A stretch of 25,924 nucleotides of DNA, from the NCBI RefSeq assembly GCF_006345805.1, contig NW_021834782.1, positions 1 to 25,924 on the forward strand. Direction: 5' to 3'. Made by a program: the position numbers and the translations under genes. Below, piece after piece: positions 1 to 8,580 of this stretch. The stretch comes from Octopus sinensis (taxonomy: Eukaryota). A model generated the notes under the pieces. That model was not told the origin of the DNA. It ran no database searches and worked only from the letters and a program-made list of their open reading frames with translations. Position 1 is the stretch's first letter, and every line of letters begins with the position of its first letter.

Positions 1-458
1 TTTGAAATTTTCTCATAAAATTATGCATAATATTTGTTTAGAAAGCAAAATATCATGGGTAGATGTTTTTTTTTTATCTAACCTGGGATCGGCTTAGAAT
101 CAAGATGATGAGGATAGAAATGATAAGTCCTATTTCTTTAAAACCATTTCTTTTCCGCAGAATATAGCACAATTTCATCCACCCCACCACTCTTCCGAAT
201 GCTTCTCTTTTCTTTTATTTAAATTAAAATTGAAACATCGCAGACCACTATCGATGTACTAATTATGCCTTAGGTATAAAGAGCTACATAAAAATATAGG
301 GACATATATACAAAGCAAAGAATGCGCTAGGGACTTGTTCTTTGTCACGAAAGAAACGGATCCAACATAACACTACCACTGTAAAAACAAACCACTATAA
401 TCCAGAATAAGAAACCAGAACAAGACATGCATGCATACACACATAGATACACACATAT

Positions 459-805
459 CTTTTATTTGTTTCAGTCAATATACTGCGGCCATGCTGAGGC
501 ATTGCCCTGAATTTTTTAAGCCCGGTTCTTATTCTATCGACTTATTTTAGCCGAACTGCTATGTTGCGGGGACGTAAACACTCCATCATCGGTTTCAAAC
601 ACACCCACACCCACCCACACCCACATACAAACACACACACACGACGGGCTTCTTCCAGCTTCCATGAAACAAATCCACTTAGCAGGCTTTCGTCGGCCCA
701 AGGTTATAGCAGAAAATACTTGCATAAAGTACCACGCAGTGGGACTGAACACTGATGCATGTCTTTTGGAAGAAGGAAGCTTCTTACCACACAGCCACAC
801 ATGCG

Positions 806-808
<3 letters not shown>
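459..808 (-). mobile_element. tRNA-derived SINE, family A (octopus-type), near full length, degenerate
   Basis: Reverse complement of the + copy at 18351-18757: head GGCGCA..GTGGCTGTGTGGTAAG (A box), GTTCAGTCCC (B box), internal (CA)n tract, 3' CAGCATGGCCGCAG..TGACTGAAACAA. Confidence 0.85.
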
Positions 809-849
<41 letters not shown>

Positions 850-1479
850 TACACACATATTTCTGTGTATGTATTATGTATGTATGTTTGTATGTATAAG
901 TTGCAAGACAAATTCTCAGATTCAACTACATACATGCATCCACACACACATATACATACTATTATATATACATAAAAGTATATATAAATTTATATCTATA
1001 TAATACTCTTACTTATGTTTATATATGTAGATATGCCTTCACGTGTGTATACAAATGGTTGTGAATTATTTTCTCAATATGTTATATTTATAAATTTGTA
1101 TACTCGAAAAGTATATTCCTGTTTAACCTGTGGTTTCTCTGCAGGAAAATAGCGAAACACGCGTAACATCTCTGTTATATAACGAGTCCTTATAATCAAT
1201 TATTTTCCCTCAAATATTCACTTTTATTAACAATTGCTTGTTAGACACTTCAAATACAGAGAAAACATCTGGTTGTGATAAAAGTCATTGCATGTCTGAT
1301 TCACATCAATACTTTTCTGCATATATATCAGCAGCAAAACACTTATTTGCAACATACGATTTATTCCAAGTTTCGCTTTGGAATCGAATGAAAAGAATCA
1401 AGTTTGAATAGCCATTATTTCTTCAGTTCTATTAACTACATTTTTCAAAAAGCAATACGTAGACGACACAATAAATAAC

Positions 1480-1510
<31 letters not shown>

Positions 1511-1720
1511 GAAAGTTTCTTGACGAAGATACGTCTCGCTTTCACCTTCGAAACGTAGAGTAGATGAAACCATAGCGACTGAAGAAGGGGTTTTTTTCTT
1601 TGTGTTAATTGTCCTGTATTTTTTTTTTCTTTTGTTTAAAAAATGTCCAGTTCCTTTGGTTTGTGTCTATGTTTTCGTTTCTCTTTGTGTTCGACGTCCT
1701 TTTGGTGTCCTGTACTCATA
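1511..1720 (+). mobile_element. Probable Penelope-like terminal repeat fragment with degenerate hammerhead-like motif
   Basis: TTGACGA-A-G...TTC-GAAACGTA at 1520-1557 and CTGAAGA at 1579, followed by a T-rich tract; abuts (TA)n. Family assignment is inferred. Confidence 0.4.
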
Positions 1721-1955
1721 TATGCGTGTATATGTACATGTAGAGGTAGGTACGTACATATATGTTTATATATATGCTTATGTTTTATTTTATTTATTAA
1801 TATATATATGTATATATATATATGGTTTATTATTCTGTGTTCTTATATTAGTCTGCCGTATGTCGACACTTCTGTTAACATTCTTGGTCACTTTAAACGG
1901 AACGCTATTTCTCTCACTTATTTAGTTAGAGCATACACGTACACACATTCAGATA

Positions 1956-1994
<39 letters not shown>

Positions 1995-2117
1995 ACACGC
2001 ATATATATATATGTATATATATATATGTATGTGTGCATGTATGTATATGTATATATATATAAATAAATAAATAAATATATATATATTTATATATATATAT
2101 ATATATATAATTAAATA

Positions 2118-2185
2118 ACAAGGGTAGAAATTGATGTTAATCAATTACAATTAGTGGCTTAGCATATTTAAAAATCCGAAGATTA
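2118..2185 (+). repeat. Short dispersed repeat, related copy at 3503-3578
   Basis: GGGTAGAAATTGATGTTAATCAATT..AGTGGCTTAGCATATTAAAAATCCGAAG vs GGGTGAAAAATTGGATATTAATTTAATT..AGTGGTCTAGCATATTTAAATCTGAAG. Confidence 0.5.
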
Positions 2186-2654
2186 GAATTTGTGTTCCAT
2201 ACAAAATTACATTTTGCACAGATTTTTTTTTTCTTGAGAGCACATTCAGTATACATACGTTTCTATGTACCTCTCTGTATCTTCCGCTCTCTGTCTGTCT
2301 GTCTCTCTCTTTATTTCTCTCTATGTTTCTCTCTATATTTCTCTCCCATTATAAACAAGCCTGTAAAACCACCATATTGCGTCGTATGTTATCAAATTGG
2401 TCACTGATGCCGAACATTTTGTAGTACTTGATATTTTATTGTGAAATCTAGTAACCCTGTCCAGATCATAAACGTACGTCGAAATACTTTTATGCATATA
2501 AATTACAATACTAAAGGACAATGCAGGGACAGTAATCATAAGATCATATTGTTTATGAAACGGACACTTCATCTTTACGTACTCTTCTCCTACTCATATT
2601 CTCACACTTTCTTTCCCTCCTCTCTCATACATCTCCGTCTACGCAAAAACATAC

Positions 2655-2764
2655 CTACCTATATACATACATACATGCATGCATATATATACATGCATAT
2701 ATATATATATATACATATATATACATATACACACACACATATATATACACACACACATATATAT

Positions 2765-2795
<31 letters not shown>

Positions 2796-2810
2796 CACAC
2801 AAACATATAC

Positions 2811-2861
<51 letters not shown>

Positions 2862-2946
2862 TATATATATACACACCCCCACACACATATATATAAATAT
2901 ACACACACACACATATATAAATATACACACACACATATATATATAA

Positions 2947-2987
<41 letters not shown>

Positions 2988-3045
2988 CGTATATATCCAT
3001 GTATGTACACATATATTAATCTACAGGTACACACACACACAAAGA
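2655..3045. repeat. Compound (TA)n/(CA)n microsatellite
   Basis: Direct inspection. Confidence 0.95.
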
Positions 3046-3502
3046 ATGCCAACGTTTTTGACACGACTCTCGTATTGGTATTGCTCTGACTGGCCGAACA
3101 TAGCCCCTCCACCCGGCTAACATTTAACTGCCCGCGAACTTTTAGCTATTTTTATAATACTACATCTCTTACTTATCTGGCAACATAACTACCCATCTAC
3201 CACCTTTTAACATTCTATTGTTTTCCTACTGACTTGTTACTAAATACCTACCATTATGGATTTGTATACATAATGTGATCACAGTGTGATCGTCAATCGA
3301 AATATAATTTGCAGAATTATACACGAGACGTCTGCACTAGGTCGGATATGTATCTAGTTCTACCTTTTACACTTGAGGTTATTTTTCAGAAGTCTTCGTT
3401 TTGGCGCGCTAAATTACCGGAAAATAATACTGCAGATAATAATTTACTGCAGTGGCTTTTGCCGGTTAGAGAAGGAATTCATTTAAATTTAAATTCAAAA
3501 TG

Positions 3503-3578
3503 AGGGTGAAAAATTGGATATTAATTTAATTAACATCAATTTAACACCAGTGGTCTAGCATATTTAAATCTGAAGGTT
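3503..3578 (+). repeat. Short dispersed repeat, related copy at 2118-2185
   Basis: See 2118-2185. Confidence 0.5.
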
Positions 3579-3594
3579 CAGTAAATTGTATTAC

Positions 3595-3686
3595 ATACAG
3601 AGACAAATAGATAGGGTGAGAGAGAGAGATGGATGGATGGATGGATAGATAGATAGATAGAAATATGTAGAGAGACACACAGACAA

Positions 3687-3740
<54 letters not shown>

Positions 3741-3795
3741 TGGTAGGTAGGTGGGTAGAGAGAGAGATCGATGTATGGATGGATGGATAGATGTG
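3595..3795 (-). repeat. Inverted copy of the GATA/GGAT/GA higher-order unit arrayed at 6235-6812
   Basis: Reverse complement contains TATTTGTCTGTGTGTCTCTCTACATATTTCTATCTATC..CCATCCATCCATCTCTCTC, matching the unit at 6387-6450. Confidence 0.75.
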
Positions 3796-4317
3796 GACAA
3801 CCCTTATGCTAGAAGTAGATTCACTATGGTCTTATCACTAAAAAATGTTCTCCAGAAAATTTAGCAAACACCAGAAAAAGAAAGAAAAATTAAAGTATGA
3901 ATTAATTTTAAATTGTAAATTAGTTTCTCTATATAAGATTTTTCTAACATCATAAACTGTTTAATTTCGTGTAATATATTTGCCTCGAGTCATACCATGC
4001 TGATGATTTCAAATGAAGATGAAGTGACACCATACATGGCTGCCAATATACGGATATTTTAAGATATTTATAATGCAAGGTAAAGAAAAAATGAAGTATG
4101 AACAGAATATACTTTGTACATCCTTATATTTTGATTTAAAGTTAAAAAGTCCTCTATTGTCTTGACTTAATCTTAATAGATTACTTGTTCGAGTGTATTC
4201 GGTACGTGTATATTCTATGCAAAGTACAACGTAAAATAAAAATAACAGTTATAAATCATGTATTACTATGACTCACTGTGACGTATAATTACTTCTAATT
4301 TTTAATTTTATTTGCAG

Positions 4318-4431
4318 ATTGGAACCTGGGATAGTACGAATGGTGTGAATCTGACAGAGAGTAAAACAGAAACTAAACACGAGTTACAAAAGAAGCTAGC
4401 AAATTCAACTTTGAGAGTTGTCACAAAATTG
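4318..4431 (+). CDS. GRIK-like: Kainate-type glutamate receptor exon (ATD-S1 linker, start of S1): IGTWDSTNGVNLTESKTETKHELQKKLANSTLRVVTKL
   Basis: TTTGCAG acceptor (AG 4316-4317), GTGAG donor at 4432, 114 nt, phase 0/0. Aligns end to end with the 38-aa GluK2 segment IGTWDPASGLNMTES..NRSLIVTTIL, with both N-glycosylation sequons kept (NLT, NST). Too short for the ORF track. Confidence 0.93.
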
Positions 4432-4603
4432 GTGAGTTACGAATGAATATTTAGAGTATAACCCAGGGAATGAGTATTTCTTTTCTCATTTTCTTATTTA
4501 TTCTCTTTTACTTGCAGCGTGGGAGGTGTTTGTAAGCCATTTAAGAAACACACAAAAGCATTTCGATTCACTTCAACATTTAAGTTTAATTTGTCAAAAT
4601 ATT

Positions 4604-4654
4604 TTTGTCAGTGAACAGGTCGCGGTCTTAAAGCGACGAAAATATTTTGACAAA
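4604..4654 (+). ncRNA. Hammerhead-ribozyme-like motif (minimal type I, G3:C8 core variant)
   Basis: Stem I UUUGUCA/UGACAAA; core GUGAACA 4611-4617; stem II GUCGC/GCGAC; GAAA 4638-4641; palindromic AAUAUU stem III; UUU triplet. Folded by eye only. Confidence 0.45.
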
Positions 4655-5164
4655 TCTATATATATAAAACTCTAGTTGTGTGAGTGTCTGTCTCCTTCGA
4701 TTTAGATTCCTAACTCCTCCCACATTTTGCGGTGCAGTTTAACCAAATTCGGGCATCTTATAGTCGTGATTCATATCGAGCCCGTCTGGCTATTAGCGCG
4801 CGTCAACGATGAGTCTACGATTTTAAAAATAATTTAACATCATTTTTTATTCCATTTTAATGCATAATTTTTCGTGTGTCGATGGCGGCGGAGTTGGCGT
4901 CCATGGTCACACCTGCACCTGTTTGCTTCTCCCCCTTCCCTCCCTCGTGAAGCTGTGGGGAAGGGAGTGTAAAGAAATCAACGTTGTAATGCGTTGTTAA
5001 GGAGACCAGCGTTCTTTTAGAACAACGACTTCATGGCTTGAAGACACCAAAACAGAAATGGCTAAAAAAGCCCGAATTGATATCTATAAGGGAAGTAACT
5101 CTCTAAAAATGCTTATATAGTTATTTCCCTTACAAACCCGAGCAACGCCGGGCGATACTGCTAG
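4655..5164 (+). mobile_element. Non-autonomous Helitron, 510 bp
   Basis: A|TC 5' end, CTAG|T 3' end, no TSD, subterminal hairpin CCCGAGCAACGCCGGG (5137-5152) 8 nt before CTAG. Second copy at 13968-14268. Confidence 0.9.
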
Positions 5165-5411
5165 TTAAACATAAATGTTGAAGTGAATCGAACGGCTTTT
5201 GTGTGTTTCTTAAATGGCTTACAAACACCTTCCACGCTGCAATTGTTTTCGTTTCAGCACACGATCTCAGATCAATTCACTTGCTATGCAAGTACATCTC
5301 CGTAATTTCTTTTACTTATGTAAGCCTTTATACTGCGGCTAAGCTGGGGCACCACCTGAAAATTTTTAGTCCCATGACTCAACACCGGTAATCGTTATTC
5401 ATATATTTTAA

Positions 5412-5731
5412 AAACCTGGTGCTTATTCTACCGATTTATGATTGCCGAACAGCTAAGTTGTGGGACTGTGAACAAACCAACACCGGTTACCAAGCGTTGG
5501 AGAAAGGACAAACAGACGCACGTGCGCACACACACAATCAAACTCATACACACACACATATATATATATGACGGGCTTCTTTTAGTTTCCGTCTACAAAA
5601 TCCACTAACAAGGCATTGATCGGACCAAGTCTATGGTAGAAGACACTTGCCCAAGGGGCGGGCCATGCAGAGGGATTGAACCCGAAACCATGTGGCTGAG
5701 AAGCAAGCTTCTTACCACACAGCCACGCCTA
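5412..5731 (-). mobile_element. tRNA-derived SINE, family A, 3'-truncated
   Basis: CTTCTTACCACACAGCCAC head, GATTGAACCCG B box (reverse), GACGGGCTTCTTT, GCCGAAC.GCTAAGTT shared with 459-808 and 18351-18757. Confidence 0.85.
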
Positions 5732-6234
5732 CAAACTGACATATTGATGCAACTCGAAAAACATTAGACGGATTTCACATATTTCATTCCCTCAATTTCT
5801 CTGTCACACACACTCTCCCACCCTAGCTCTTTTTCTCAGTGTCAATCTCTCCCTGACTGGTTATCTCCCTTTCTGTCTTCCGAATCTCTATCTCTCTGCC
5901 TTCACTCTCATTCCAACACGAAACGCGCGCACGCATTTCCCCAAACATTCCCAGCAAAAACCTGTTTATATTGCCTGATGAAAATCTATCTATCTATCAA
6001 CGTATCTATCTCTCTCCTCTTCCCCTTTTTTTCCCCTTTCTTCTTTTTTTTCTTTTCTTTTCTTTTCTTTTATTTTTTGTTCTTTTTTCCCCTTTTACGA
6101 TCCCTTTTGATCGAAAACCTACGCCACCTTTTTTTTGTTTCTTTTGTTTTTTTTTTTTTCATCCCCCAAAAGAAAAGCTCTACCTTGTAAATTGTCCCAT
6201 CTGTATGCAGCCCTGTGTGGCCAATAAAGAAACT

Positions 6235-6812
6235 TATCTATCTATGTGTCTGTCTGTCTGTCTCTCTACGTGTTTCTATCTATATATCCATCCATCCTCT
6301 CTCTCTCTACCTACCTACCTACCTATCTATCCATCCATCCATCTCTCTCTCTCTACCTATCCATCTATCAATGTATCTATATATCTATTTGTCTGTCTCT
6401 CTACATGTTTCTATCTATCTATATATCCATCCATCCATCTCTCTCTCTCTCTACCTACCTATCTATCTATCCATCCATCTCTCTCTCTACCTATCTATCA
6501 ATGTATCTATCTATCTATCTATTTGTCAATCTGTCTGTGTCTGTCTCTCTACATATATATATCTATCTATCCATCCATCCATCTCTCTCTCTACCTACCT
6601 ACCTATCTATCTATCCATCCATCTCTCTCTCTCTCTTTCTATCTATCAATGTATGTATCTATTTGTTTATCTGTGTCTGTCTCTACCTGTTTCTATCTAT
6701 CTATCTATCCATCCATCCATCTCTCTCTGTCTTTCTCTATATATCTATCCATCTATCCATCCATCCATGTCTCTCTCTCTGTATCTACCTATCTAACTAC
6801 GTATCTATCTAT
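6235..6812 (+). repeat. Higher-order tandem repeat, about 4 units of ~135-148 bp built from TCTA/TCCA/TC/TACC motifs
   Basis: Landmark TCTCTCTAC(G/A)T at 6261, 6396, 6544, ~6678; TATCAATGTAT at 6366, 6496, 6644. Confidence 0.85.
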
Positions 6813-6947
6813 CACACACGCAGATACGTACACACGCACAAGCACCAACATTCAATACGCGCGCATACACAAAATAATCCAACTTTCAAATATGAATAAT
6901 ATGAAAATGACTAATAATTACTGTTTTTTTTTGGTTTTTTTTTCAAG

Positions 6948-7145
6948 GAACTTCCGTATGTGGGTAACAAAACTGCCCCCGATGGCACTGTTGAGTATGA
7001 AGGTTTTGCCATAGACCTGCTGAATGCTATTGCAGAGGAGCTTCATTTTAATTACACTATTTCCATCGTGAAGGATGGTCAATATGGTGGAGAGGACCCA
7101 GTAACCGGCAAATGGAACGGAATGGTCGGAGAGCTTATCGAGAGA
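6948..7145 (+). CDS. GRIK-like: Kainate-type glutamate receptor exon (S1): ELPYVGNKTAPDGTVEYEGFAIDLLNAIAEELHFNYTISIVKDGQYGGEDPVTGKWNGMVGELIER
   Basis: Poly-T tract + AAG acceptor (AG 6946-6947), GTAAG donor at 7146, 198 nt, phase 0/0. iGluR S1 motifs E.PYV, EG(F/Y).IDLL, DG.YG, WNGMV.EL. Confidence 0.96.
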
Positions 7146-7165
7146 GTAAGTGACCGATGCAAATA

Positions 7166-7200
<35 letters not shown>

Positions 7201-7384
7201 GACTGTCTCTCTCTGTCTCTGTCTATATCTAATTGTCTCTATAGATATCTGTTTATATATTTCATCCGTCTATCATCTCTCTGTCTGTCTATGTATCAAT
7301 CTAGCTACTAAATGACACACAAACACATATACAAAATATAAATATGCGTGTGTGTGTGTGATTGTGTGTGTATATGTTGAATCG

Positions 7385-7581
7385 CTAGCTTCTGCACGCA
7401 ATTTTTTTTTCTCTCCTTGTTTCTCTCAGTGTTTCTTTTCTGTGTATCTTTCTGTTGAAGAGCGTAGGCTCGAAACGTAAAAGACCTGCTTTATTTATAT
7501 TCCTGAGCGCCATACTAATACAATTGTTTGTTTGTACTCCACCTGCCTTCGTCTTTTGTTTATTTTCATAAAGCTTCCCGT

Positions 7582-7582
<1 letters not shown>
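7385..7582 (+). mobile_element. Penelope-like short repeat family P1, left arm of an inverted pair
   Basis: Reverse complement of 7616-7805 (roughly 80% by eye, perfect 29-mer GAAGAGCGTAGGCTCGAAACGTAAAAGAC) and of 24791-24978. Ends at a (TA)n tract. Confidence 0.75.
7447..7484 (+). ncRNA. Hammerhead-ribozyme-like motif (minimal type I, A6U core variant)
   Basis: Stem I UCUUU/AAAGA; core CUGUUGA; extra A; stem II GAGC-GUAG-GCUC; GAAA; palindromic ACGU stem III; GUA triplet (predicted cut after 7479). Confidence 0.55.
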
Positions 7583-7612
<30 letters not shown>

Positions 7613-7615
7613 TAT

Positions 7616-7805
7616 AGGGAAAGTATACGAAAAAACAAAAGATGAAGACAGGTGGTGTACAAAACAAACAGATGTATTAGTATAACGCTCAGGAATAGAA
7701 AAAAGTCTTTTACGTTTCGAGCCTACGCTCTTCTACAGAAAGGTACACACAAAAAACAAGGAGAGAAACAAAGAGAAAAAAATGTGTGTAGTGGCTAATG
7801 ATCTA
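7616..7805 (-). mobile_element. Penelope-like short repeat family P1, right arm (hammerhead-like motif 7706-7742 on - strand, core CUGUAGA)
   Basis: Inverted relative to 7385-7582 across a ~35-nt (TA)n spacer. Confidence 0.75.
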
Positions 7806-8067
7806 TCATTTATACAATTTTCTGTAGAGTTTTCCGCTAGTATTGCCTCCATTGAAATTATAAATTCTATATATACACATATAAATATATATATGCAAAT
7901 ATATATGTGCGTGTCTGTGTGTGTCTGTGTATGTGTGAGTGTGTATCTGTGTATACGCATATATCTTTTACATGCACGTCTGTAAGTACAACTGCATATA
8001 TGTAATATTTTTAATGTCATCTTTTTTCTGTAATCATTCGTTCATCTGACCCCAAATCAGATTGTGG

Positions 8068-8175
8068 TGTCCCCTCTTTGTTGGCCCCTTGCGGGTAATA
8101 AAAAAAATGCATATCCTTAAATCCTTAAAAATGTTTCAGCTCGAAGGCTGCGGCCATGCTGGAGCAACACCGCTG
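8068..8175. mobile_element. SINE tail remnants (family B tail on +, 8068-8108; family A tail on -, 8132-8175)
   Basis: CCCCTCTTTGTTGGCCCCTTGCGGGTAATAAA resembles the family B tail; TGTTTCAG..CTGCGGCCATGCTGGAGCA is the reversed family A tail. Confidence 0.55.
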
Positions 8176-8252
8176 ATATATGTAATATTTGTAATATTGT
8201 AATATATATATATATGTAATGTAATATTTGCATCGAATTCATTACATTTCAG

Positions 8253-8580
8253 AAAGCTGAGTTAGCTGTTGCTGGTATGTCTATTACATACAAACGCGAA
8301 AAAGTTATCGACTTCACAAAACCATTCTTGAACCTCGGCATCACCATATTATACAAGAAGCCGATGAAAAAACCACCCAAGTTATTCTCGTTCCTCTCTC
8401 CTCTTACTTCGGAGGTATGGGTATATATCATCGCCGCCTACCTTGTTGTCAGTTTTATGCTCTACATTATTGCGAGGCTAAGTCCCTACGAGTGGTATGA
8501 ATCCGGATCGGACGAACTGGATAATCAATTCACTGTTCTAAATAGTTTGTGGTTTACCATAGGTTGCCTTATGCAGCAAG
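8253..8580 (+). CDS. GRIK-like: Kainate-type glutamate receptor exon (S1 end, pre-M1, M1, M2 pore loop to Q/R site): [87 protein letters not shown]
   Basis: TTTCAG acceptor (AG 8251-8252), G|GTAAG phase-1 donor at 8581, 328 nt. Motifs REKVIDF.KPF, FSFL.PL, SPYEWY and LMQQG are typical of kainate-type receptors. Confidence 0.97.

Larger units (their letters stand above)
4512..5242. mobile_element. Fold-back element: 94-bp inverted arms (4512-4605 vs 4639-4654 + 5165-5242), right arm split by a Helitron; probably inverted Penelope-like termini
   Basis: Arms are reverse complements with 4 mismatches once the Helitron is removed (GACAAA|TTAAAC). No target-site duplication seen. Spacer carries a hammerhead-like fold. 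Confidence 0.8.

Noticed and set aside
1130-1200. Acceptor-like TTTCTCTGCAG at ~1144 (and TTTTCCGCAG at ~161) as upstream receptor exons
   Set aside because: No iGluR ATD similarity in any frame and no convincing donor.
2441-3112. Overlapping 100-157 aa ORFs on both strands (also 664-1003, 1602-2144, 10712-11283, 11737-12292, 19786-20403, 21003-21416, 25609-25920)
   Set aside because: They are translations of TA/CA/TG microsatellites (Y-I, H-T, C-V runs), which lack stop codons. No protein motif.
4512-5242. Classification of the fold-back element as a classical TIR MITE
   Set aside because: No TA, TTAA, 3-bp or 8-bp target duplication at the arm ends (TTTTAC vs TTGTTT), and the asymmetric centre carries a ribozyme-like motif. 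Not fully excluded.
5971-7014. 347-aa ORF and its overlapping 193/217-aa ORFs
   Set aside because: Product of the TCTA/TCCA repeat array. It crosses the real exon 6948-7145 out of frame.
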